Shown: one piece after another, positions 27,248 to 39,949 of the stretch
Layout of the letters: every line of letters begins with the position of its first letter
Position numbering within the stretch: the stretch's first letter is position 1
DNA from: Octopus bimaculoides
Lineage: Eukaryota
Assembly: GCF_001194135.2 (NCBI RefSeq)
Contig: NC_068984.1
Location: 89,313,957 to 89,377,956, forward strand
DNA: 64,000 nt
Direction of reading: 5' to 3'
Program-made: the position numbers and the translations under genes
The notes under the pieces: generated by a model
Told to the model about the DNA's origin: nothing
Seen by the model: only the letters and a program-made list of their open reading frames with translations
Database searches by the model: none

Positions 27248-28160
27248 CAGGCAAGGCTCTGTTGTAAGAAGCTTGCTTCCCAACTACATGGTTCCAGGTT
27301 CAGCCCCACTGCATGGTACCTTGGGCAAGTGTCTTCTACTTTATCCTTGGGCTGACCAAAGCTTTGTGAGTGGATTTAGTAGAGGGAAACTGAAAGAAGC
27401 CCATCATATATCATCATCGTTTAATGTCCATCTTCCATGCATGCATGGATAGGATGCTTCACAGGAGCTGGCCGGGTAGAAAAACTATCCTATGCTACTC
27501 TGTTTTGGTACAGTTATGGCTGGATACCCTTCCTAACACCAACCACTCTGCAGAATGGAGTCAGTGCTTTTTATGAATCCACTCAGGCGAGGTTAGTTTT
27601 GGCATGATTTTTATAGCTGGATACCCTTTGAAATGCCAACCACTTTACAGTGTGAACTGGATGCTTTTTATGTGGTACCAGCACTGGCAGGGTCACCAAG
27701 TAACTTGCAAGACAAGGAATTATGAGAGGGGCATTTGAGGAGGGAAACTCATGTCAGAGGATGACAAAGAGGCAAAACAGGTGTCTTGCTATAATGGAGG
27801 GGACACTGAAAGAGGTGATCCAGTATCAGATGATGAAAAGTTAGAGTGCAACAGAGAAATAGGTGTTTTGCTATAGAGGAAGTACATGGTCACCTAGTGA
27901 GAAAGAGAGAGAGCAAATAAGAACAAGGGCAGAAATAGGTGTGCTGCTGTAGAGGAGATACATGGCTACCCAGCCAGAGGGAAGAGAGAGAGAGAGTAGG
28001 AAACAGCAAAAGTGTAAGAGAGATAGAGAAGTGCCAGGATATACTCACACAGAACAAGGATCAGAGCATAGATGTGATGGTAAAGAAAAGAGGTATAATA
28101 TGCACTGTTAGATGTTGCCAAGAAGATGCAAGTAGGGAGTGGAGATTGCAGTGACTGGCA
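27248..28160. mobile_element. Family B SINE (+, about 27248-27410) fused to an RTE-family 3' fragment (-)
   Basis: Similarity to the other copies of each family. Confidence 0.65.
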
Positions 28161-28269
28161 AAAACCAGAGTAGAGGGCAGTGAAAGCAAGAAAGGGGATT
28201 GGAAGACAATCATAGTTTATGAAGAGGAAATGTAAAAAAGAGAAAGATGCTGTTTAGAAGAGATGTAGT

Positions 28270-28500
28270 TTGGTTTCTTGGGGTAGGACGTGAAAAGTTT
28301 CTTGTCACATGTGGGTGGGACAACTCTTCCAGCACAGTTTTGCAGATGGGTCTTCTCTAGAACCTTATATCACCAAACGTCTTGGTCCATTGTTAGCTCC
28401 TCTGTGGCATAGTACTCTCTAGTGATGGTGTAGTCCATTTGAAAATAGTCAATAAACACAATACCTTTTGTATCCCAGAATGCTGTGCGTGAGAAGACCC
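28270..28500 (-). mobile_element. Mariner transposase fragment related to the 1890 element
   Basis: AFWDTKGIVFIDYFQMDYTITREYYA in ORF 28370..28564. Confidence 0.75.
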
Positions 28501-28539
28501 GGCAAGCCAAGTGAGACCATAATCCGAGGCCTCTGCCAG

Positions 28540-28930
28540 GGGTGTAGCCAGTCCACTTAAGCATACCTTTTCTTCATTGGACACTAAACTCTGCTTGCAA
28601 AGACCTGTTGAGGTAAGTGAAATCGAAATCGAACCAAATTTGATGACTGGCACCTATGCCAACCTCTCCTTCATTGGACACTAAACTCTGCTTGCGAAGA
28701 CCTGTTGAGGCAAGTGAAATCGAAATCGTGTTGGCACCTGTACCAGTGGAGCGCTAAGAGCACTGTCCGAGCAGCTGTCTGGCTCCCGTGCCAGTGGCAT
28801 GTTAATAGCACCATTTGAGCATGATCGTTACCAGTACCGCCTGACTGGCCTTCATGCTGGTGGTATGTAAAAGCACCCATTACACTCTCAGAGTGGTTGG
28901 CGTTAGGAAGTGCATCCAACCATCATCGCC
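28540..28930 (+). mobile_element. RTE-family 3' region with an internal duplication of about 60 bp (about 28573 and 28670)
   Basis: CTTCATTGGACACTAAACTCTGCTTGC.AAGACCTGTTGAGG.AAGTGAAATCGAAATCG occurs twice. Confidence 0.65.
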
Positions 28931-31120
28931 ATCTTCTTTGTTCGCACGGTCGTTCGATTACAAATGTATAAAAGAAATCAGATGCAATTTGTACTGGTAC
29001 AGGTATATGACATGTATTGAGGATGACAGCTGCATATAGAAGTAAAGATTTTCCAATAATCTTTCCCTTATGACAAAGGTAAGAGATATTGCTCGCTGTG
29101 TAATCTAGAATTATTTTTTATATTATTCTCTAAGGGTAAGTTAATAAATAAACTCACATACAATGCATTCAGATGTAGCCATTTTCTTAGACATACGTTT
29201 TTCTGGTTTAAATAAATTATAAATTTCAGTATGATCGGGTATTATAATATAATATTAGGTTTAAAAGACAGGATATATTAAATGTATAATTTATCACTAA
29301 TAATCAAATTGTATATTTGTATTTATTTACTAAAGTTTCTAGAGATAATATAATATAGATTTCCATTAGTTTAGAATTTATTACCAGGAATGAATAATTT
29401 GTAATACTTGATTGTTTATAATTAATAATATTATTAGGGTTTTCTCCTTTAGATGGACTTTTATTTAAGGAGGAATTTGAATATGGATCAGACTTGGAGA
29501 TTATAAATTTTTTTTGGTGTTTACTTTTTACCCTGAGGATGTGTAAGGTAATTTACTTATTTAACTTGAATTGAGAGTTGAATTTGACCTTATACAGAAA
29601 TGTTGACATAGGTAATAAACTTTAATATAAATGGATATTAGCGTCAAAACTCTTATTAAAATTTTTGATATATAATCAAGGAGATCGATCCATAAGGAGC
29701 TTACTACAGACCTTTGTGGATGAATTTTTGCTATTTTGGTCACGATTACATGTTTTATCTCACCAATACATTGTGTAGATATCATTATATGAACACACAT
29801 ATATATATATACACACACACACACACTCCATGCTTCTTAGTTTCCAACTGTAAAATTCCCTCTTTTGACATCGGTTGGCTCTGTGCTATAGTATGAGATA
29901 CTTATCCCAAGGTACTGTAGAAGCCATCTGGTTGAGAAGTAAATTTCTCAAAAAGACAGCATGCTTGCACCTTCATCATCAAACATCCATTTCCCATGCT
30001 GGCATGGGTTGAACAGGAGCTGGCAAGGCTAGGGGCTGCACTAGGTTCCACAGCCTGTTTTGACTTGGTTTCTACAGCTGTATGCCCTTCCTAACACCAA
30101 CCACTTTACAGAATGTACTAGGCGCTTTTTACATAAAACATTTTTCTTCATCTGTTGAAAACAGCTTTAGAAAATTGGGTAAAATACCCCTACAGCTATT
30201 CTCCTGTATTCAAGATTTTCTTCATTTTTAAAAACATTTTATCTCACTCAATGTTTACTTATGAAATAAATGTTCTCACATCTTTTCTTTATATCATCGT
30301 TAAAAACAATATTTTTTGGGGGATGTAGGAAATATGGTCTAACAGTATTTAGTTTGCATAGGATTAACTACAAGTTAGTTTAAAATTAGATGGTACCGGC
30401 ATAATTATATCTTTAGAAAACTACAAAGGCAATTTGCTACTAACCTAGTAACATTTAGCTGGGTTTTCAAAAATAATAATTTAATCTACAATAATAGCAG
30501 ACTTGGTTCTGACAAGTTTAATATCTTGCGCACTAATTATTTGAAGATAAAAAAACAAAAACTTAATGAAGCCTATAAAAAACAATGGATTCACTGTTTT
30601 AATGTCCACTTTTTACGCACACCGTCACTGGTAACAAAAATGCTTTACTATTTCTATACAGGAACAAAATCCTATTATTGATAAAGAAATATTCTAATGT
30701 CTAAGAGAATATAATCATGAATCTGCTGCTTCTATTATAACAAGATCAACCAATCAAATACCCAAATGTATGGACTATAGCAAATAAACATATTGCCAGA
30801 TTTAAGTTAGTTTAAATATTGTTTACACTACTTCAATGAAACATTAAATTGATTGTTTTAAGTCAGATGTGGATCTTCTTCATTTATCTGAATCATGAGC
30901 ATCAAAAAACGGAGTCATATCAATATAAGGACTATTTTAACATGCTAATTAAGAAAATAAAATATATTTGATGATTAATATAGCATAACATTCATGACAA
31001 GAAACAAGAAAATTGTTGAAAATCAGAAGAAAAGTAGTATTCTATGGATAATTACTTTGAAAATATGCAACAAAACATTGCAAACTGTTAGTTTTTTTTA
31101 CCACTTTGGTACCTTTCAGG

Positions 31121-31254
31121 CATAGGTATGGCTGTGTGGTACGAAGCTTGCTCTCCAACTGCATGGTTCCTGATTCAGTCCCACTATACTATAGCCTTGG
31201 GCTGACCAAAGCCTTTTGAGTGGATTTGGTAGACAGAAACTGAAAGAAGCTTAT

Positions 31255-31321
<67 letters not shown>

Positions 31322-31530
31322 ATGTGTGTGTGTGTATCTTTGTGTCTGTGTTTGTCCCACCACCACCGCTTGACAACTGGTTTACATCCCTGATGGCAAA
31401 AAGATACTGATAGAATAAATACCAGGCTTTAAATTTTGGGATCAATTTAATCGACTAAAAAAACCCTTCAAGGCAGTGCCCCAGCATGGCCACAATCAAA
31501 TGAGTGAAACAAGTAAAAGATAAAAGATAC
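31121..31530 (+). mobile_element. Family B SINE with (TG)n(TA)n core
   Basis: Similarity to the 8427 copy. Confidence 0.75.
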
Positions 31531-32059
31531 ATACACATTCACACACAAAAATGTTTTTATTACAAACTTCAGTAAAAATAATTTTCTGAAGTTTTTGTAT
31601 CTGAGTTATCATGACCAAACAAGGAAAATTCAAGAAGTTGTTTTTATTCATGATAAAATCCTGATGAGTTTATGCATCTAACAGATTTCTTTTAATTTTA
31701 AATAAAATACATTTACCTAGTTTCTCATCATTACTATTTTAATATATTTAAAAATGTTGTCAAGTGATGATGAAAAAGAACAAAATCCAAATAGTTAAAA
31801 AAGTTAGCTGATACACTAATGAAGTTAATGAAGATCATCCATATATTAATTAAGATATATGTAAATAGTTCTAAATAATTATTCAGCCAAGTAAATGATA
31901 ACATTGACTATATATGAAAGGAACTCACCAGTTGGAATCTATTAAAAGCATACCTTATGAAGGAAGTATACATTAAATAAACATGGGAGAAAATATCTAT
32001 TTACAGAGAGCAGAAATGCTTAATTAGAAAAAATAATTTTTTTAATATGTTAAAAAAAA

Positions 32060-32470
32060 TTATCTGCTAAAAGAAAAATGGCTACTGTCTGAAGGTGATG
32101 TTTTTGTTAAGCGCCCAATTCGAGCAGCATGGGCCTTAAATAAAACTTCATTTATACGATAATAAAATGGATTAGATGATTCATCAAGTTCAGGCTCATA
32201 TTTTTTTATGACTGTATGATCAGCAGTATGCCTTGTGTCCAAAAAGGAGTTAGGAGTTTGCTGTTGTGGGTTATAAGGATGAGGGTGGTTGACTATTGCT
32301 GCAGACATATTAGCAGAGGATCCAGAGGCTTCTGAATAGAGTTTTGATTGAGTGTTGTTTAAACAGTCTACTTGTGGAGGTAGATGATGGAATTGTTGCT
32401 GCTGCCAAAGCTTATAATTTTGATCTGGGTGATTGTTCTCAGCTACAGGAGGGTCAGGGCTTGGTGTTGA
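32060..32470 (-). CDS. FAM104A: FAM104/VCF-like terminal exon (STPSPDPP...KYEPELDESSNPFYYRINEVLFKAHAARIGRLTKTSPSDSSHFSFSR*)
   Basis: Corresponds to ORF 32060..32479 entered at a TTGCAG acceptor (32471-32472). C-terminal YYRINEVLFKAH resembles the FAM104A helix YFHINQTLREAH. Confidence 0.85.
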   Translation of the reverse strand, partial: STPSPDPPVAENNHPDQNYKLWQQQQFHHLPPQVDCLNNTQSKLYSEASGSSANMSAAIVNHPHPYNPQQQTPNSFLDTRHTADHTVIKKYEPELDESSNPFYYRINEVLFKAHAARIGRLTKTSPSDSSHFSFSR

Positions 32471-33990
32471 CTGCAACAAAGAAAGATATTCAATTTAAAG
32501 AAAATAACATTTAAATTAGTTTCAGATTTTTGTGACAGATTTTATCAAAGTAAAGATAAACCAATTTTCTCAATTGCTTAGAACCCCTAAACATTGGTAA
32601 CTATATTTGATAAAATTTGAAGCAATAATTTAACTTTTCAAGATTAACATGCATGAAACAAAAATAAATAATTAATGATCATAAACTTCAGTCAACATAA
32701 AAAATGTAGCATTGATCAATAATTAAGCTCCTTTGTAAACAATGCCAATCCTGTCACAAAATACAATAAAATATAAACAATGTAATTCGTAGATTCTTCT
32801 ACCCATTTAAATCAATGTTAAAGATCATTTCATTGTGATTGTTGTTATTTATAGCTCTAGATAAACACATTTCTCAACACCATCTTAAATCTAACAGCCT
32901 AACTAAGCTAAAACAAACCACTCATATATCATCATTTGTTTTTCTAAGACAACATGTTTCCATGTCTCAATTCAGAATTATTTTTTCCGTGTTACCTAAT
33001 ATTTGTAAGAGTAACCCTTCTACTTACAAAATCTTCTATGGATAATTTCTCTCATAAATGCCCAGCTCTTTTTCATTCAAAATATATCATCCAGTCAATT
33101 AGAACATCAGAATGACAACATTATGTTGTTGCTGAATGACAAAGGCTTCTTTTTTAAAAGAATACCAAGTAATTGCAGCTATTCCACATCAAGGAAGTCC
33201 AATACAATCACGTCTATAGTTAGTACTAAAACATTCAGATATGCAAAAGTGAATGGACAACAAACTAGATACATCATACTTCACCTTATGCAGCTAAATA
33301 CCATATGATAAAATGAGCTGATGAAGCTAATCAATGACATGGCTCCCTACTTTATAACAGGCTATACTAACACCACACCAATAAATCACCTACACTGTGA
33401 AGCAAACTGACTCCACTCTCAGAAGGATATCAGCTAATAAATAGAATTTAATAATTACCTTCAACATATCTGTTGGTTGCATTAGTAGGTGAGAGAACTT
33501 GATGCTCAATCAATCTGTTCTGTAATCATTAGAGGCTTGATTTTATAATATTGAACAGCTACTAACTCTGTGTCAAACCAAGAAAGTCAGCTTTCCTATT
33601 ATTTTATGGTTTTGCTGACTCCTGCTAATCTATAAAACTCTATTGCTGGCCTTATTTACCATTATATTATCTAACTCAAGATCAGTTCTTCATTTCAACT
33701 ACGCTCTACAGCTCATTTCTAACAAAGTAAATTGTCAAAAAACAGAAAAAAATACTAGAGCTTCCTTAAGCATTTAGTGTGAAACTTTTTCCACCCAGCT
33801 CTACTTTTAGTCCCCTTCTAGGAGTAACATATCTTAAATGCTTCATGTAAACTACATTTTAGACAACTTTTATCAACAGAAAAACTACAGTACTGCAACA
33901 TAGGCTTCAGTCATAATATTCAAATGATTACAGTAGCTGAAAAATCTTTCCTAGGAATCAGTAACTTAAGTTTCATCCAATAGAAATGTT

Positions 33991-34173
33991 TTAATCCTTT
34001 AACATTTAAACTGGCCATATCCAGCATCTCACACCTAACCTACAATCTCATTTAAAAATATATAATTACATCATTGAAATCTCAAAGCTACAAGATAATG
34101 CATGATTAATTCAAAACATTTTGAATAAATAAGCATTACATTTGACAGATTAATCTGAATGCTAAAGGGTTAA
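33991..34173. mobile_element. piggyBac-like MITE in the last FAM104 intron
   Basis: TTAA-TCCTTTAACATT ... AATGCTAAAGGG-TTAA. Confidence 0.75.
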
Positions 34174-34513
34174 ACAATTTATACCCAAAATTTACTATAG
34201 TTTATCTATCTCTTCTTTTGTAGATAATAAATTAACTGAACCTAAATATCAAATATTAATTTACAGCTGAAATAAATACAGGCTTTTATAAAATATCAAG
34301 AATTTAAAGAAATATTTGATCATATTCATAATAAGAAGGTAATAGTAAATGAACAAGTTCATTCATCTATATGGACAAAATTTCATGTACTAACAGAAAT
34401 GTAAACCTATCCCCAACACACAAAATTTTATTTTTACTATTCTTAATTTTTGAAAGAAATAACTAACTTTCATAAGCACATTATGTTCTTAAGAAGCAGT
34501 AGCAAATAATTAC

Positions 34514-34538
34514 CTCATGAGAGCAATCAGGTCTTCCC
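34514..34538 (-). CDS. FAM104A: FAM104/VCF-like 25-nt microexon 3 ((E)GRPDCSHE)
   Basis: TTTTTCAG acceptor and GTAATT donor. The 1+24 nt exactly bridge the phase between exon 2 (ends GA) and exon 4 (phase 0). Confidence 0.75.
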
Positions 34539-34699
34539 CTGAAAAATAAAGAAAAATAATTAAGTTAATTTAATTGAAAGCAACTACAAGCACATTAGAA
34601 AAACTCAGGTCAAGTATTGTCAAGATTAAGGAATAATCTATGTATATTGATAATAAAAGTTGACTGTAAACTGCAGTCTGCACTGAATTTCTGGTTATA

Positions 34700-35650
34700 G
34701 TTCATGAAACAGTACAATATAAAGTTTGCTGATACCAGTTGCAGTCATGAAAACTGTAAACAGATGAATACATTGAATCTTACACCATAATTTACACAAC
34801 CTTGCCAGACACAGTAAATTTTGAGTTGTAACTGCTGATGTACATGAAGAAGAGTGCATCACAAAATCATCTATTTCTAAGGTCTCCTCTAATCATTTTG
34901 ACAAAAACTTCTTGAAAAATCTTTACTGAATTTGAAATAGTCAGTTATTCAAGCTTGTTCTTTGGATGTTGCTCAGAGAAATGCAGGGTCATTAGACATT
35001 TTAATGCTCCATCTGGAACTGCACTAAAACTAGAGTCTAACTCCATTAACAATGATCATACAGCTGCTGTCGATGAACAAATCAATTTATACATGAAGAT
35101 ATTATATCTCTACTCAGCTCTTCTGTCTGTTCTGTTTATCCAGCAAAGAACAAAGTTTGCTGAAACTACAAATCAGTTGGACATTTTTCACAAGAATATT
35201 GCTCAAAGAGAGTGACATTAGCATCCACAATCCTTACTACAACAAGCATACATCAAGGAAATGGACATATATCAGCATATATTTGGCTAACCAATGTTCT
35301 ATGTTTCAGTGCCATCAGTTTCAAAGATGATGTTTGAAAGATTCCTGCTCCCAAAGTGGAGTAATGTCTTCATATTGGCTGGCTACTCAAACAGCCTGTT
35401 TACAGATTTCAAACCACCTTGTGAGGCTTTTCTCTCAAATGTTAAGTGTAAATGTTTTACTTAACCTGTGTTCGTCTATGAATCTGAGACATGACTTTCC
35501 TAAAAGTCCTCTAGTTGAAGCTAGAAAATGTAATTCTCATCAGCTATATAAACCCACAGCTCTTCCACCTGTAACTAGTTTGATAAGTGCCAATGCATGA
35601 AACTCTTGGACCTTGAGTCACTCTGTTGCTTCAGCTAAATGTTAATAAAA
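34700..35650 (+). mobile_element. Highly decayed CR1/L2-group LINE RT C-terminal remnant
   Basis: KFAD, PKVE.C.HI and a (W)NSL-like segment in the expected order. Heavily mutated. Confidence 0.35.
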
Positions 35651-35701
35651 ATATACTTATACTCAAAATTTTTCCTGTTTGCATCACCATACCTGTATAT
35701 A

Positions 35702-36916
35702 CAGGGTGCATAAGATATTTGAGGATAGATTTATGTTTATATAAAAAAAAAACAGATATATAATAACAGATAACTTTATTTAGCAAAAAGTGCTATGAGG
35801 ATAAAAATAATCCTTCTTTTCTATAATGTTATTCAATAAAGCAACCTTCAGCTTCAACAACTGCTTCTATATGAATCAAGTGGTCCTGGCTCATTTTGGA
35901 CATTACTCTGATTATGGCAGCTTTCAAAGGATCTTTGGTGTTATGGGCTTGTTCATTGACCACTCTCTCTCAACAACGCTCCACATGTAATAGTCCAATG
36001 GATTGAGATCTGGGGAATTAGGAGGCCAAATGTTAGGGGTTATGTGATCGTGAAAATTTTCAGTCATCCATTCCTGTCTTACTAGAGCCATTTGTGATAG
36101 TGCAGAGTCTTACTGAAACACATATGGCTTTCCATTGCATATACTGTCTATCCAGGGCATAACTATTGTTTCCAGGACCTCAATGTAGGCGACAGAGTTA
36201 ACTCTAAGGCCTTGTGGAAAGAAGTAAGGAGCTTCATTGTTTACAACCCCTAAAACCATGACAGTTGCAGGGAATTTTGTATGCATAACACTTGGAACTT
36301 CAGAAGGGTCTGCACATAACCATCTGTCATTTCTTGTTAACTTTTTGATCTTTCTCGTTTGAGAAAAACCAAATCAAATCATCTTCTGCTGGATTTTTCC
36401 GTTTGTTTAAGAACGTTTTAGATTTGATGTAGTGATTTTCTTTTGCTTTTTCTGACAAACTGACTTTTCCTCATCATATAAGACTTCTGTCTGATGTCTT
36501 CATGGACAACATTTCTGACTGTTCCTTCTGACACATGGAAATCTTTTGCAATTGACCTCATGGACTTTCTGGGACTGTAATCAATGGTCTGTTGAACTTG
36601 CTGGATAAATTCAAGCATTCTGATGATTTCAGAGCGTTTAGAATGCTTTTTATGCTTTAATACTGGTGATACGTTTCCATCTTCAGTCTCTAGCTCCATA
36701 CAAACTTTGTAGATGAAAGATCTGGTGACTTTTAAAAATCAAGATATTTCTAAATCGTTGTGCTCAGCCTTTATAATCACAATAACAACATGCTTCCTCA
36801 TTTCTTAAGCTGAGGGTCTGCCATTATTATTTTCTGGAATAAGGATTGTACAGAGTTAACAAAAAATGCAGTAATGACCCAACAAAGGTATGTCCTCAAA
36901 TACCTTATGCATAAGG
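35702..36916 (-). mobile_element. maT/DD37D-like Tc1-mariner element, decayed
   Basis: TA-CAGGGTGCATAAGATATTTGAGG left TIR and CCTCAAATACCTTATGCA right TIR. HTH region SMRSIAKDFHVSEGTVRNVVHEDI and WPPNSPDLNPLDYYMW. Confidence 0.85.
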
Positions 36917-36917
36917 T

Positions 36918-36955
<38 letters not shown>

Positions 36956-36959
<4 letters not shown>

Positions 36960-37270
36960 TGTGTATTTCTTCTATCTTAATGAATAAAAATTCTTCTGAT
37001 AGAATAAATGGGTTAATAGAAACCAATGTAGCAAAGAACACAGGTTGTAATCCTTTGAAACATATGTAGGAATAAAGTATGCAATTATAACATGCGTTTT
37101 CTCCATTCCTTAAATTCTTATACTCAAATACCCAAAATTTCAAGGAGTTCCTGCCTTAAAAACAGGAACTAAACCACAGTTATTTTGTGTTCTTTGCTAC
37201 ATTGGTTTCTATTAACCCATTTATTCTATCAGAAGAATTTTTATTCATTAAGATAGAAGAAATACACATA

Positions 37271-37272
<2 letters not shown>
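36956..37272. mobile_element. Hairpin MITE with perfect 87-bp inverted arms inside (TA)n
   Basis: 36956-37042 is the exact reverse complement of 37186-37272. (TA)n lies on both sides. Confidence 0.88.
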
Positions 37273-37301
<29 letters not shown>

Positions 37302-37499
37302 AGTGGTCAAATGGAATGCTGCTTGGCTGACCAAGACATCAACTTGGCAATGACACCCTGGTCTCATGCCACTTCCACTCCACCAGTCATTCACTACATC
37401 TGTCTGTGTTTGAACTGTCTCTGCACAGAGACCACCTGGACTCATGCCTTTGCCATGAACAGGAATTAATCTTCTTCCTTTATTCCTTTGCTCCTTATG

Positions 37500-39115
37500 G
37501 TCTCAATTTGCCACCTCTCTTCATCTAACACCAACCCCACAGATTCCCTTGCACCTCCCACATTCAACTGCCCCTCCTCTCCACCCCCACACTGCCTAAC
37601 TCGGTACCCTCAACACACACCACTATATAAACACCCCTACATATTATTCAATTCAGTACACACCACACACCATTATGCATACTCCCACACCCACTCACAT
37701 GCATTCACACACACCTTCCCACACCATACACTCAAGCACCCAATATCTGCCTACCTACACCTCACACCTCTATGCATTCTCCCACAACACACAGTATGCA
37801 CTCCAAAAAGCACAAAACTCCTGAACACAAACAATATACAAACATATGCATAAACACAACTACTTTTGCATACAAACATACACAATACACATGGACACTA
37901 TAGGGTCACAGACACACATACACATCACCTGAACAAGCACACATCAACTGCTAAGTACAAGCATTTGCATATGCATGCACACGCACAAATACACATCACA
38001 CTCTAGGTTACTTGTATACATACACAGGCCCATGCATTTGTGCACACATGATAACCCCACACATATGTACAGGGTGCAGTGAATATATTGTCGTCTAAAT
38101 TACACAAAAATGAAAATAACACTGACATCTCATTTTAACGGATATACTTATCACCAAAATTACTAAATACTAAAGAATAAATTTATTCAGCAAAATCGCC
38201 ATTGGCTTCAACCTCAGCATCCAGACGACTTTGGAATCTCCTGCAACTCTTCTGGATGGTCTCCTTGTTGCTGAATGCTGCCATAATCCTTGCCTTCAGT
38301 TCATCTTTGGTGTTACAAGGAGTTTTGTTGGTCTCTTGCTTAACTGTGCCCCACACATAATAATCAAGAGGGTTGCAGTCTGGGGAGTGGCCAGATGTTA
38401 GGGGTGATGTGGTTGCAGAAATTGTCTGACAGCCATGACTGTGTTCTCCTGCTTGTGTGAAATGGTGCAAAGTCCTGTTGCCAGACATAGGGTCTTCCAG
38501 CAGTCACCCTCTTGACCCAGGGCAGCACTACCTCCTCCAGGCACTTGATGTAGGCCTGTGTTGAGTCTGAAGTTGTGTGGGAAGATGAATGGAGGCATAA
38601 CGTCACCACCACTAGTGATCACTCCACACACCGTGATGTTGACTGGATGTTTGATTTTTATCACTCTCGGTACATGCACCGCACTCAGATTGACCCCAAA
38701 CACTCTGAAATGCTCATATTGGAGCTTCCAGTGCGAATGCCAAGCAGTACAGCATGTTGTTTTCAAATTTCTGGCAGAGTGAAATGTGTCATGGTATTGT
38801 TTTTCTCAGACAGTGCCCAAGTGATGCTACTATACAGTGTAGTCAACAAAATCAAAAACAAACAATGTGCATGCGCGAAATTAAAATTATAAAATGGCGA
38901 CAATTTACCCATCGCACCCTGCACATACGTCCATAGGCAGACACACATACACACCAGTACATGAAATGCACATCGCTCCACATATGTACGCACTAGGTTA
39001 CTTATAAAAATAAACACACACACACAGGGCCACATAATTTTAAGCTTGTCCACACATACATACGCATGTACTCGCCCCCATTCACAATACACACACACAT
39101 GCTTGTGCACCTTAG
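37500..39115. repeat. CA-rich low-complexity region interrupted by the 38070 transposon
   Basis: Degenerate (CA)n/CACAT runs. Confidence 0.7.
38070..38921 (-). mobile_element. maT/DD37D internal-deletion derivative
   Basis: TIRs CAGGGTGCAGTGAATATATTGTCG and CGACAATTTACCCATCGCACCCTG. Motifs GDVMPPFIFP, YVWQQDFAP and PDCNPLDYYVWG. Confidence 0.9.
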
Positions 39116-39199
39116 TTCATCTGGGTCACCATTATTATCTCCCTTTCATTAAGCCTTTTTCTTCCAGCCATTTCATCATGTTGAACTGTTAATCCCTCT

Positions 39200-39582
39200 T
39201 TTACTCTTTTATTTGTTTCAGTCATTTGACTGCGGCCATGCTGGAGCACTGCCTTTAGTCGAGCAAATCAACCCGGGACTTATTCTTTGTAAGCCTAGTA
39301 CTTATTCTATCGGTCTCTTTTGCCGAACTGCTAAGTTACACCAGCATCAGTTGTCAAGCAATGCTAGGGGGACAAACACAGACACACAAACATATACATA
39401 TATATATATATATATACGACGGGCTTCTTTCAGTTTCCGTCTACCAAATCCACTCACAAGGCTTTGATCGGCCCGAGGCTATAGCAGAAGACACTTGCCC
39501 AAGGTGCCACGCAGTGGGAATGAACCCGGAACCATGTGGTTGGTAAGCAAGCTACTTACCACACAGCCACTCCTGCGCCTAT
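39200..39582 (-). mobile_element. Relatively young family B SINE
   Basis: Full-length copy with retained CpGs. Confidence 0.8.
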
Positions 39583-39949
39583 ACATTTTTTCTCCAAATC
39601 TTTTCTGTCAAAGAGCGTAGGCTTGAAACATCAAAGACTTTTTCGTTTTTTCTGAGTGTTAAGCTAATACACCAGCTTGTTGTTCCTTCACCTGTCTTCG
39701 TCTTTTGTCTTCTGTAAATTTGAACTATATACATATCTATGTGTGTGTCTCTGTCCCCCACTACCATTTAACAACCAGGGTTGGCATGTATATGTCCCAA
39801 TAACTTAGCAGTTTGACAAAAGAAACCAATAGAATAAGCACCAGGTTGATAAGTTTGATTAAAATTTTCAAGGCAGTGCCTCAGCATGGTTACAGTCTTA
39901 CGACTGAAACAAGATAACAGATTAGTGAATAATGACAAATGTCCCCACC

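Noticed and set aside
37488-37853. 121-aa His/Pro/Thr-rich ORF
   Set aside because: Translation of CA-rich low-complexity DNA.
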